NCBI RefSeq assembly: GCF_009914755.1
Contig: NC_060930.1
DNA: 64,000 bases
Origin: the human T2T-CHM13v2.0 reference genome, Homo sapiens
Strand: one strand, 5' to 3'
Both the position numbers and the translations under genes were made by a program. This document shows positions 14,218 to 28,530 of the stretch, piece after piece. The notes under the pieces were generated by a model. The model searched no databases, was not told the origin of the DNA, and worked only from the letters and a program-made list of their open reading frames with translations. Numbering within the stretch: position 1 is the stretch's first letter; each line of letters starts with the position of its first letter.

Positions 14218-14534
14218 TTTTATTTTTTTCTTTTCTTTTCTTTTCTTTTTTTGAGATGGAACCTTGCTCTGTTGCCCAGACTGGAATGCAGTGGTGTAAT
14301 CTCGGCTCACTGCAATCTCCGACTCTTAGGTTCAAGTTTTTCTCCTGCCTCAGCCTCCTGAGTAGCTGGGATTACAGGTGTGCACCACCATGCCCAGCTA
14401 ATTTTTGTATTTTTAGTAGAGACGGGGTTTCACCATGTTGGCCAGGTTGGTCGCGAACTCTTAACCTCAAGTGATCAGCCCGCCTCAACCTTTCAAAGTG
14501 CTGAGATTACAAGCGTGAGCCACCACGCCTGGCC
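14218..14534 (-). mobile_element. Alu (AluS-type)
   Basis: Antisense dimer, TSD CATACTTT. Confidence 0.95.
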
Positions 14535-14730
14535 ATACTTTCCTTTCCTAAATTTTCCTTCATGAATTTCAGAGGTATACAGGATTCTTCTGCATTCTTC
14601 ACAAGAGATTACATGAAAAGAAAACATAACATTGGATTGATCTGAATGAAAAAACAAAAGCCTGAGTGAGATGAAAAAGAGTAAAAAAGACACTATGCAA
14701 GATAGCTTACATACCAACTCCTTGGTATTA

Positions 14731-15288
<558 letters not shown>

Positions 15289-15299
15289 TGTTGAAGAAA

Positions 15300-18200
15300 A
15301 AGAGAATCCATAATAAAGATGGCAAAGGAAGCAGATCCTATGATACCTAAACAGAGACAATGAGAGATTTCTGTACTTTTTCTAAATAATAGAATCTTAG
15401 CCCTGATTCACGTCTACTGGGTCCAATCACTAGGCAGTTAGTCTCCAAATAGCCTTGTGATTTATGATATAGTCTAAGTGGAATCAAAATTGGAGCCTGG
15501 ATTCTCCATGCCATTTCTGACTTTTCTGAGTGTGGGTGTGTTGTAAATATGTAGGTTGGATGGGAGTTGAAGATCCTAAGAAATGTAAACAACAGCCCTG
15601 TCTTTGAAGAACTGGAGGAAGGCTCAGGGTTATGAGGATGGAACATGGAGTAAGGGGTGTGATTATAATGAGTGAAAGACATCTCTTTGATGGATGGTAT
15701 TCCACCCAGTGGGTCTCACACCTGGCCATACCTCATCACACCTTTGTTTGCACATACCTGACATCATTGGCAAATCTAGGTCTCTGGATGCTTCCCAACA
15801 CTGGCACCCTGAGCTGAAGCTAATTCTGTCACCATGATTAGCTGTGTACAGATAACTTATCTATGACAATTAAAAAAAAATCCATGATTGGCTTTTTGCT
15901 GTTGCCAGCCAGCCACTGTCTGCAGTTGTTACTTGGCTTGTGTGGAGGGAATATAAAACTTAAAATTATTCTAAAGTAAACTTAATTAGGGAGGGAAATT
16001 TGTAGCCAACTTACCACCCTCATATAATGCAACCAAAACCAAATGTAAATGATTTTTGGATGATCCAAATTAGTTCTCCCTTCTGCCAGCTCACATGGAG
16101 CACCAAGATTAGAGAGTAATAAGAAGGCCTTCTAATAGGTAGGTTTTGGAACGGATTTCATTTGCATTAGGAAAGAGCATTGGGAAGAGTGCCCTTTAGA
16201 AACACTTGCCCACATATTTATTTTTGGATTTATGATACCAGCATACTGCATTTTAATTTGTTCCTTTTTGTTGAGTGCTCAGATTTTTATGTCTGGCTTT
16301 TTATTTTGTCTTGTGAATTTGTATAACTTTCAAAATGACAACACCCATTGCTTAGCATAAGGGACAAAAGAAACTCTTTTTTTTTTTCCTCCCCTCTTGT
16401 GCCTTTTTAAAATAAGCTATCTAACAAAGACACAATTTTTTCCCTCCCTCTCCTAAGCCCCAGATGACCTAAGGATTTAGAGGTCTGAGGTCAGATTTCT
16501 TTCTTCTTTGCTTCACAGACAACTGTCTCTTCTTTATATTGTGATCTTTCTGATTTGTATAGGGACTCGGCAGGTAGAAGAATGTGTGTGTGTGGGTTGT
16601 GTGTAAAATATGTACGCTTTCACATGCGGCGGGGGCATCTTTATGCTTTGGCTCAGATGGCGCATATGAAAGAAATTAGGTGATTCTAATTATATAGCCC
16701 CCAAATAGTGAGGATCCCAATTCTTCTCCTTCCCTCTTTGAATCTATTTAATAGTTTACCTTTGAACCAAGTTAATTAGGAAAAGGGACAGGCTACAGTC
16801 ATTTCATTTGGCTGTTTTTGGCATCCAGGAAAGTGTGGGGTGGGGAGCTCATCAGAGGGAAACCAAGGGAAGCTCGTAGACATTGAACTTGCTCTGATCA
16901 GATTATTAATTTTCTTCTCCTTGTACGTTGTTAAATCTGTAGAAAAGGAACATCAGCTCAAGATCTGTCGCTCTGGCTCCGGGCCAGCATGCCAAATTCT
17001 GTCATCTTTGCAGCATGGCCAAGCATCTTTATTACATGTTATAATTCTGGTTTTTGAGCTTGATCCAGTGATCCTGCTACAGCATCAGATGGTTTGGGAT
17101 GTGGAAAAAGAAGAGGGCTATATTCATCTGTAGATGAGGTTTGGGGAGAATTGTAAGAGCCAGAAAGGTGGAGTGGTTGTCTAGGGCAGGGACTTTTCAT
17201 GGATGCTACAGACACCTCCTTTGTGCTGCCTCGAATTTGAAATGCATTATTAATTTCTGTTCAATACAGATCGTTGATGTCAAACCAAAAATAAATGTGG
17301 GCCCTACTCCTGCTCTGGCCATTACATCTCTCAGCAGCCCAGCAATTAGCACCAACCTTGAGAACAGAGTGCCATCATTGATGTGACAGTTTCGTCCCTA
17401 TTGTCCTGTTCCTGGGTGCATGGGTGACCCTTGACCTCCATTGGTCTCGGAGTGGGAAACTGAACTTATGAACTGTTCGGGCTGCGCTGGCCTCAGATTA
17501 ACCTGGGCAAGGTTAACTTTCTCACTCTCTTCTTCAAAAGTGCTTTAGAGGGTGAGGAAGTACTAGGAGTAAATAATAATTTTAAAAAATGGTTGGGAGG
17601 GGAAAAACAATTGCATCAATTTCCTGAGTACAGACACCCCTAACCTGCCTTTTGCAAATAATCTCCCTTTTGTCTGCTCTTAGGGGTTTTGCAGATGAAG
17701 CCTTGGCTTTGGCTTGTCAATGAGGACTTTTCAGAAGCTCCAGAATGCCTTTAGCGGCTTTGCAGGAAGCGGTGACACAAAGTTCCAGCCAGTCTCCCCC
17801 TCCTTCCACTTATTGTTTCAGAATTGTCAGAAAACAGGCTGGGATGAGGAGGAAGAGCTACTGTGAGGGCTTTTTTTTTGTTGTTAGTTTGGCTGCTGAA
17901 TGAAAGCAAGCACTTTATTTAGAAGTGAGTAGGGAGGGAAATGCAGCTTAGGGTTGACACCCTTCTGGTGCTTATCCATAAATATGAAATGGTGTTAGAA
18001 CACCAGACACCAGAGAGCTTTCTGATTGGCTGTTGGTGATGTCATCATGTCATTAATACTGTGCTCAGAAAATAAACTGATCCGCCTGTTTTCCTTCTTT
18101 CTCTCTTTCTTTCTTTCTTTCTTTCTAGCTGAAATGTATGAAATCCATTTTGTAATCTAAAATGAGGTGCTTCAGTCAGGACATTTCGAAAGAATTATTA

Positions 18201-18627
18201 TGTTTCTCATGTGTTCAGAGTCATTTTGGTATTCACTTGAGCAAAGCAATAGTCACCCACAAGTATTCAGCCTATCTTGTCTTATTGCTTAAAAGTAAAG
18301 GCAGACGCTATTCAACACCTGGGTACCAACAGTTGACATTTACCCACATTAAGTGCTAAGGCTGTAGATGAGGATTTCTTCTTGTCGGCCTTTAAACATC
18401 CTAGTAAGCCCAGGGCCAACGCTGGCACAGGGGAAGGTGAGGGATGTGGGTGAGTAATAAGGAGTGCTTTCTTTTTTATTTTCTTATAAACTAATTTTGT
18501 TTCTCTACCTGTGATAACTCTGCAGTCCAATTTAAACCTGCCTGCTTTTCCACTTAATGCATGCTCATCTGATCTGTTAGCCTTATAATTGTGTTTCAGC
18601 AGGAGGAATACACTTGTGGCATGTCCA

Positions 18628-18661
<34 letters not shown>

Positions 18662-21028
18662 AATCCAATAGCATTCTTGATATGCAGGAGTGAAATTCTC
18701 GGGAGGAAAGCCACTGCCAAGCAACACTCTAACCTCTGCATTGATTTTGGATGCCTAGAGGTCTGGAAGATTTGACAGTTCTCCATTCCTACTGCTTCAC
18801 TCTCATCCAAGAAGGAATACTGTTTCGATTAATCATTGGGAAGCATTTCGGATAGATATAGCTCTGTGTGTTTTCTTTAAATTAAATATAGAACTGTCCT
18901 TTTGAGGGAAAGCCGTGATTCTTTATTGTCAGAAAGTTTGGCTAGAATAACCTTCCCTTTTCTTGTAATATTTAACTTTGCTTGTGAGTAACTATAACAA
19001 TTCACTTCCTTGCATGCCAGTGTCCTCTTGGGTAGAATCTCCTAATAACATGTACAAATGTTATGTAAATCCCCCCTCCCCCACAAGATGTTTATTGAGT
19101 GAAAATGCCTCTAAGACTTTATTCCATTACTGTCAAAATGTCCAAGGTTATTTTACGCATGCTGTGGACATATTATTTGGATTAGCAAAATGTCTAGCAA
19201 GCAGGTGTAACTGATTCTGGCATGCAACTGTAATCTCTTGTTACAGGGAGACAGTGCATTCCTTTTCAAGGTTACCCTCATTTTTTTGCAAGGTTATAAA
19301 CCATAGATTTAGGAATCATTGGGGTCAAAGGGAAAAGGGAAAGACAATGAGCCCCATTCATCCTTATGAGCCCTAATGAGTATAGAGATAGTATATTTTC
19401 CAGGTTAGAGCCCCATCTCTGACAGGCTTTAATTATCTATGAGCTGAAACAAGAAGCAATATAAACATACAAAAGCATTTCAGGAACAGGTTTTTGAAGG
19501 AGATGAATCACCCAAGTTGGTGTCCCACTCAGCCCTTTTGCAAGGGGCCAGCTCCCTCCATTCTGCCTGCCACTTGATCACGTGACAGCTGTTTGCAGAC
19601 TAAAGGAAAGAAACAATCATTCACTAGCAGGAAACCCAATCCCGGGCAGGTGCAGTTTGAGTAACGACTCTAGGCCTGAAGGTCAGAATGGCTGCAAAGA
19701 CCTAAGCTTTTGCAGATGGTCTGAGTGGGAGGAGCCAGGTTCAATAACCCTTCTGTAGCCCCCAGGTTGGTCCTTCCTCGGGGAGGGTGCTACCACTTCT
19801 CCAGATACTGCTGAACTTTTGAACCCAAGTACAGTACGCTATTTAGGATGTTTGTCATTTATAGCTTTTAGATAAAGCAGTAGCGGATTTTAAGGAAACA
19901 GTAGACAGATCCATTTTCCTTTTCCTCCAGTGATGTTAGTGATCTAATTAGAAGTCAGTGTTTTAGCAGCTTCCTCTCTATGTGCTTTGGGTTCTTTTTT
20001 TCTAAGAGACGCCTATGGACATGAACAAAAGCCGGATGTTGCACTAGGGCTTCTGAACAAGTGCTCTGCATTAGATACGTCTGGAGTTTACACACCACGC
20101 TTTCCTCTGTGCAGACCAAATGAGAGCCTGCCGGGTGTTACGACTCCCTGTGTCCATTGTCAAAGCTGTATTTTCACTGCCTTGAAAAGTGCCCTTCTGC
20201 CACTTCATTTTATATCCATTACCAGTGGCCACTTTTTCTATTTATATTGCTTGGAACTAATTGAGATTCCAGGTGCACAAGTGTGTCACACGCAAGGGCT
20301 TGGGTACTTGGGCAAGTGTAACAATAGTTCAGGAAGAGATGATCAGCAGCCACCCTTTCTGGGTTGAGGAAACCTCCAAAAAAACCGAATAGAAAGTATC
20401 AAATACATAAATTTGAAGGGAGAATATATGAGCCTGGCATCTTCTCAGCTGCAACCTGATTTATTGAAAAAAATGGTGATTGGGGGAAAGTATAGAATAT
20501 TTGCTTGAAGGAATCCACTTCTCTGAATAGCTCCCTCGTTTCTGTGGCTTGGAGACTGAGACTTAGAATTCCACAATTATACTGTATAGATGAGCCTTGT
20601 TCTATATTTGGGATGTAATCTCCACACTCAGGAGCTACATATGGCCGTGAGCACCCACTTAAGAGCTAAAAATGTAAGTTACCGCCTACTTTGTCCTGAA
20701 TTGGAATCATACATAATTGCTCTATGCTTTAAAAAATCTTCCTTTGAGGAAAGAGTTCAAGATCAAATTGTTAGTGGGTAATCTTATATGAAGCCAAGTA
20801 TCACTAGCTGTTGAAAGAAGCTACATAAATACTTGTTGTTGAACAAATAAAATAAATGAAGGAAGAATTCACATCTCTCATTACTTAATCAGAAAGTAAC
20901 ATGGTGAGTCAGGAAGCTGTAGGCTTATCCTAGAAGTAAATACCCATCATGAAATGGGCAGAGATCTGGAAGCAGGAACCGATGGGGTGGACTCCTAGAA
21001 CTAATGAAAATGGAAAGTATGCAAAGTC

Positions 21029-21030
<2 letters not shown>
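15300..21030. promoter_or_regulatory. Alu-free block, candidate enhancer / conserved non-coding region
   Basis: 5.7 kb with no Alu in an otherwise Alu-dense window; octamer (16160), CCAAT box plus CRE-like site (18022-18044), TCACGTGA/TGACAG/CAGCTG cluster (19578-19591), AP-1 next to GGAA (20905). Function inferred only. Confidence 0.35.
18630..18658. repeat. (TG)14 microsatellite
   Basis: Perfect dinucleotide run. Confidence 0.95.
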
Positions 21031-21394
<364 letters not shown>

Positions 21395-21693
21395 GCTGGT
21401 GCAGTGGCTTATGCTTGTAATCCCAGCACTTCTGGAGGTCAAGATAGGAGGATGCTTGAGGCCAGGCGTTCAAGACCAGCCTGGGCAACATAGCATGACC
21501 CCCTCTCTGCAAAAAAATTAAAAAACAAGTTAGCTAAATGTGGTGATGTGCACCTGTAATCCTAGCTATTCGGGAGGCTGAGGTGGGAGGATCACTTGAG
21601 CCCAGAAGTTTGAGGCTGCAGTGAACGAGACTTTGACTCTAAAAAGCAAATAAACAACCGAAAAACCCCAAAAGACAAAAATAAAAACAAACA
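21395..21693 (+). mobile_element. Alu (AluJo-type), abutting the previous Alu tail
   Basis: Starts immediately after the poly-A; right arm internally deleted; long degenerate A tail. Confidence 0.9.
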
Positions 21694-22029
21694 CAACATC
21701 AATTTCCTGGCCTAGACTCCGAAATCTCTTAATGCCCAGCCTTTGTCCACAGATCAGAAATGCCGGGGATGAGAAGGGGATGTGGAGGTCGAGGGCATGA
21801 ACCAAGGAGGTGGCCAGGCTTTGCCAGCACAGAGCAAAGGAAAGATACCATTTTGGGGGTTTGTTTTTAAATGGATTCCGCAAACATTTTTTTGAGCACA
21901 ACACATTGTATCACATTTTGTGATGGAAGTATACAAAACAAAACTCACTTCTGCTGACAGGCCCACAGACAGATTTATCTTGAGCAGAATGACAGCTCCA
22001 CTTGTTCAGTGTATTGTGGCCCTCTGAGT

Positions 22030-22315
22030 ATCATTAGTAGAGGAACGTAGAGGAGGGAGGAATAACAGGTTCGTAGAAGCCTTTGAGGTGATCTTTAAAC
22101 TGGTGTTCTGAAGGGTGGGTAGGGTTTTTCTAGGAGTACGAAGGCCAGAGGGGAGATTAGGAAGATAGAAAAAAAAAAAAAAGGGCAAAGACAAGGAAGG
22201 AAGAAAGAACAAGGTGTGTTTGCAGAATGGTGAAGAAGGCAAAGGATGATTGGAGGTGAGAGCTGAGCCTGTGGCCAGTGCCTTCGTTTGCAAGACTAAG
22301 GTATCTGGAGTTCAT
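22030..22315 (-). mobile_element. L2 fragment
   Basis: Purine-rich antisense L2-like sequence (GAGGTGATCTTTAAACTGGTGTTCTGAAGGGTGGGTAGG). Confidence 0.45.
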
Positions 22316-22319
22316 AGTA

Positions 22320-23098
<779 letters not shown>

Positions 23099-23740
23099 TA
23101 GGATGTTAGCCTTACCACTCTGGAGTGTAAAAGAAACTGGGGGGGTTGCCCTCAGGCTTAAAGGAGCTGTGGACAGGGAGAGGCACGTTGGGTTTTGTCT
23201 CTAAACAGAATACAAGCCCTCTGAGGATGGGCAACTTAACTTCCAAAGATTATTCTCATCTCTGCAGCATGTGGTAGGCACTAATACCATTCTTTGGTTA
23301 ATTAAAAGATGTTTAATATATGCCTCATTAAGCAGAATAATCAGTATCTCTGAGATGCTTATGTGCTTTATTTTTCTCCTTTTAATAAAAACAAAAATTA
23401 GAGGGATAAGAAATAATTAGGGGCAGGCTGTTAGCTCTCACTTCATTTTTTTTTCTCCCTTGATGATTCTCTTTCATTTTTTTTCCATAGCTCACATAGC
23501 TCACTTTCTCCCTTGACCTAGTCCTCTGCTGATAACATCAAAGTTAGCACAGCTTGCAGACCTAAGTGGGTTTAGAACACAGCTCTCAAGATGGAGCCAT
23601 GCAGATATGGAAATTGGATTTTAAGCATCTGTGATCTCTGCCCACTTCCTCTTTAACTAACACATGAGACCCCTCACAATCTCTCTAAGATGTAGAATTG
23701 TCCATATCTGTAGACTCGAAGTGCTGTGGCTGAGGACTTT

Positions 23741-25372
23741 TTTTTTTTTTTTTTTTTTTTTTCCCAAGGCAGAAGAATTTTTCTTAGTACAGAACAAAAT
23801 GAAAAGTCTCCCATGTCTACCTCTATCCACACAGACCCGGCAACCATCCGATTTCTCAATTTTTTCCCCACCCTTCCCGCCTCTCTATTCCACAAAACCG
23901 CCATTGTCATCATGGCCCATCCCCAATGAGCCGCTGGGCACACCTCCCAGACGGGGTCGTGGCCGGGCAGAGGGGCTCCTCACTTCCCAGTAGGGGCGGC
24001 CGGGCAGAAGCGCCCCTCACCTCCCGGATGGGGCGTCTGGCCGGGCAGAGGGGCTCCTCACTTCCCAGTAGGGGCGGCCGGGCAGAGGCGCCCCTCACCT
24101 CCCGGACGGGGCGGCTGGCCAGGCGGGGGGCTGATCCCCCCACCTCCCTCCCGGACGGGGCGGCTGGCCGGGCAGGGGGCTGACCCCCCCACCTCCCTCC
24201 CGGATGGGGCGGCTGGCCAGGTGGGGGGCTGACCCCCCCACCTCCCTCCCGGACGGGGCGGCTGGCCGGGCAGAGGGGCTCCTCACTTCCCAGTAGGGGC
24301 GGCCGGGCAGAGGTGCCCCTCACCTCCCGGACGGGGCGGCCGGCCGGGCGGGGGGCTGACCCCCCCACCTCCCTCCCGAACGGGGCGGCTGGCCGACCCC
24401 CCCCCCCCCCCCGCCTCCCTCCCGGACGGGGCGGCTGGCCGGGCAGAGGGGCTCCTCACTTCCCAGTACGGGCGGCCGGGCAGAGGCGCCCCTCACCTCC
24501 CGGACGGGGCGGCTGGCCAGGCGGGGGGCTGATCCCCCCACCTCCCTCCCGGACGGGGCGGCTGGCCGGGCAGGGGGCTGACCCCCCCACCTCCCTCCCG
24601 GATGGGGCGGCTGGCCAGGTGGGGGGCTGACCCCCCCACCTCCCTCCCGGACGGGGCGGCTGGCCGGGCAGAGGGGCTCCTCACTTCCCAGTAGGGGCGG
24701 CCGGGCAGAGGCGCCCCTCACCTCCCGGACGGGGCGGCTGGCCAGGCGGGGGGCTGATCCCCCCACCTCTCTCCCGGACTGGGCGGCTGGCCGGGCGGGG
24801 GGCTGACCCCCCCACCTCCCTCCTGGACGGGGCGACTGGCCGGGCAGAGGGGCTCCTCACTTCCCAGTAGGGGCGGCCGGGCAGAGGAGCCCCTCACCTC
24901 CCGGACGGGGCGGCTGGCCGGGCGGGGGGCTGACCCCCCCCCCACCTCCCTCCCGGACGGGGTGGCTGCCGGGCGGAGAGGCTCCTCACTTCCCAGATGG
25001 GGTGGCTGCCGGACGGAGGGGCTCCTCACTTCTCAGACGGGGCGGTTGCCAGGCAGAGGGTTTCCTCACTTCTCAGACGGGGCGGCCGGGCAGAGACGCT
25101 CCTCACCTCCCAGACAGGGTTGCGGCCCAGCAGAGGCGCTCCTCACATCCCAGACAGGGCGGCGGGGCAGAGGCGCTCCCCACTCAGACGATGGGCGGGT
25201 CAGGCAGAGATGCTCCTCACTTCCTAGATGGGATGGCGGTGGGGAAGAGGCGCTCCTCGCTTCCTAGATGGGATGGCGGCCGGGCAGAGACGCTCCTCAC
25301 TTTCCAGACTGGGCAGCCAGGCAGAGGGGCTCCTCACCTCCCAGACGATGGGCGGCCAGGCAGAGACGCTCC
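23741..25372 (-). mobile_element. SVA retrotransposon (SVA_F-like), 5'- and 3'-truncated
   Basis: Poly-T, partial SINE-R (CCCAAGGCAGAAGAATTTTTCTTAG...CCCCAATGAGCCGCTGGGCACACC), GC-rich VNTR; perfect 13-bp TSD GGCTGAGGACTTT (23728-23740 / 25373-25385); no Alu-like domain or CCCTCT hexamer. Confidence 0.97.
23940..25372. repeat. SVA VNTR (GC/CpG-rich, ~35-50 bp units)
   Basis: Repeats of CCTCCCGGACGGGGCGGCTGGCCGGGC; a ~300-bp block recurs at a 398-bp offset. Confidence 0.95.
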
Positions 25373-26107
25373 GGCTGAGGACTTTCTTTGTGCTTATTTT
25401 TATGGCTGGTTTATTTGCATCGTTGCAGAATATTCATAAATCAGAAAAGAATTTTTTTTCTTTCTCCTTTAAGGATACCAAATCCAGGTGGGAAGTAATG
25501 ATCTTGGTGAATTCTAGCACTTGTCAATTTGAGAGTGTTCAGGGAAAACAAATGAAAGAGAAAGGATGAATTTGTTTGTATGCTATCGTTCACTAATTCA
25601 AAGCTGCAGACATTTCTTTCTTACTATACTTTTGAAGTTAAGGATTGGAACTGAATAATAGACAGCCTTCCAACATGAAACATGACCAAGCTTGAGGGAT
25701 TTTATTGGGGTTTTTGATATTGCATTGTTTTCTAGTTTCCCTTTGTCTTTGATCAACTTATTCCGATGACAAGAATTTGGTCATGTTATTGCTTTTCTCT
25801 TTCCCCAAAGCTTGTCTTATGTCATGGGAATTCTTTCTCTTTTTTCTTTTCTCAGTAATTGTGTTGATTGCAAATAAATAAACTAAGTATTTATCTAGAC
25901 TTAGTTTAAATATACCAGTCAGTTGGAAGTCTGCTTTTATTTTTCCTTCAAGTATTTTCAGTTTTCTATTTAAATGTGTTCATAGTAAAGAATTTTAAAT
26001 TCTAAATTATATAAAACCCATTCATCCTGAATATTGGGCTAAGGCTTATCTTTGCTTCGTAAACCTTTCTCAGTGCTGCAAATTAGGAGCTAAGTAATAC
26101 TGTCCTA

Positions 26108-26164
26108 GTGGTGGTGGTGGTGGTGGTGGTCGTGGTGGTGGTGGTGGTGGTGGTGGTGGTGGTG
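26108..26164. repeat. (GGT)n trinucleotide repeat, ~19 units, one interruption
   Basis: Direct reading. Confidence 0.95.
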
Positions 26165-27140
26165 TGTTAAAAATCCTGGAGTATGAACTGTTTTCAAGTG
26201 TCTTCAAGTACTTCAGAAGTCTCCATTTTTATAGTAGCACTTGATATGGTAATTATATATGATTCTCCTGTGTTCATTAAAATAGGAGCCTAGGGCTTCT
26301 CTGACAATTTGTTAGCTTCCCATAGGTTGCAAGTAATAAAATTGCCTTGCTCTAAAAATCTGTAATTCATTGCTTTCACTAATTCAGATGGGCTTTCTCT
26401 CCATTCTTTTTCCTGGTAGATAATGAGAGGATTTTTTTTTTCTCATTCCTCTGAGAATATGAGGGTAGTCCAGCTATGTTAGGAAACAGAAGATATGGGT
26501 TATCTTGGAAGGTGAATGTGGCTATTTTTATTGCTTTGGTCTTAAAGGACCTGTAATTTCAAAAGCATGATAATTCCCTACCTCTTAGTTCCTGCAGTTA
26601 ACTCCTAGGCCCGTATTTCCAGAAAGGATGTATATTTTTTTCCTGAAACCAAAATAAAAGTTTCTATCATCTCAATAAGGCAGCTTTTTAAAACGTGGAA
26701 AAAAAGTTTAAAAACAAATCCGCCTAATAGCCAAAAGGTAGAACCAACCCAGAAGTCCATCCATAGATGAATGGATAAACAAAATGTTGTATATACACAC
26801 AATGGGAGATTATTCAGCTTTAAAAGATGGAAATTATGACACATGCTACAACATGGATGGATCTGAGGACACTGTGCTAACTCAGATAAGCCAGACACAG
26901 AGGGACAGATATGGTATGATCTCAAAAATATGAAATATTTCGAATATGCAAATTCATAGAAACGGAAAGTAGCTTAGAGCTTACCTGGAGCAGGGGTGGA
27001 GGAATGGAGTTACTGTTTAATGGGTACAGAGTTTGTTTTGCAAATTCAAGAGTTCTGTGGCAGGCTGCTGGTGATAGAAAAACAATGTGAACAAATGTGC
27101 TTAATGCCACTGAATTGTATACTTAAAAATGGCTAAAATA

Positions 27141-27276
27141 TGGCGTGTGCCTGTAATCCTATCTACTAGGGAGGCTGAGGCAGGAGAATTGCTTGAACCT
27201 GGGAGGTGGAGGTTGCATGAGCCGAGATTGTGCCACCACACTATAGTGGGAGACTGTGTCTCAAAAAAAAAAAAAA
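27141..27276 (+). mobile_element. Alu right monomer (5'-truncated)
   Basis: TSD-like AAAAATGGCTAAAAT / AAAAAGGCTGAAAT. Confidence 0.85.
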
Positions 27277-27282
27277 GGCTGA

Positions 27283-27671
<389 letters not shown>

Positions 27672-28118
27672 ACACAATTAAAATTTTAAAGAAATCTTCA
27701 GGGAAAGGGAGTACTACTAATACTAAGTTTTTAGAACTTACAAGTTATATAATACAAATTGGTCATTTGAGCTGATTTTCAATATGCTGACACATGCAAT
27801 ATAAATTGCAAATATGTATGTCACTACCACAACATCTAAAAGAAGTCAAAGATGTACACAATGTTTATGACAAATAAAACTATTGCATGTAATGTCAGAA
27901 AAATATCCCCCAAAAAAAACCCAATTAGATTTGCTAATTTGTGGTATTTGTGTGTCTCCTGTACAGACATTTTCTCATTTGGATTCCTGACACTTGGTAA
28001 ATAAAATTACTATTATTGTTCTCTTGTTTCTTTGAATTTGGAATTCCTGGAACACAGGAAAATTTGATACACGTCCTAAAAGAAAAAGAGGAGAACAAAC
28101 TGAGTGCTACTTAATATG

Positions 28119-28430
28119 GGGGCAGCACAGTGGCTCACACCAATAATTCCAGTGCTTTGGGAGGCTGAGGCTGGAGGATTGCTTGAGGCCAGGAGTTCCA
28201 GACCGGCCTGGGCAACATAGCAAGATCCCATCTCTACCAAAAAAATAAAAATTAGCCAGGGTGGTGGCATGAGCCTGTAGTTCCAGCTACTTAAGTAGGT
28301 TGAGGCGGGAGGATTGCTTGAGCCCAGGAGTTTGAGGCTGCAGTGAGCTATGATTTCTTCACTGCACTCTAGTCTAGGTGACAGAGTGAGTGAGACCCTG
28401 TCTCTAAAAAAAGAAAAATATAAGTAAATA
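28119..28430 (+). mobile_element. Alu (AluJ-type)
   Basis: GGAGGATTGCTTGAGGCCAGG, GAGGCTGCAGTGAGCTATGAT. Confidence 0.9.
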
Positions 28431-28454
28431 AAGTGAGTATGCATGTCTGAAATT

Positions 28455-28530
28455 TGTTTACCTGAATGTTCTGATTTAGTGGGTCTGGCGTGGGGCCTGA
28501 GAGTCTGCCGTGCTCACAAGCTTCACCTGA
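28455..28530. mobile_element. MER5A fragment
   Basis: TTCTGATTTAGTGGGTCTGGCGTGGGGCCTGAGAGTCTGC. Confidence 0.6.

Noticed and set aside
23940-25372. VNTR as a CRISPR-like array or genuine CpG-island promoter
   Set aside because: No unique spacers and no cas genes; eukaryotic SVA context explains the repeats and the CpG content.
23664-25569. Many overlapping Pro/Gly/Arg-rich ORFs
   Set aside because: Stop-poor SVA VNTR translations, not genes.
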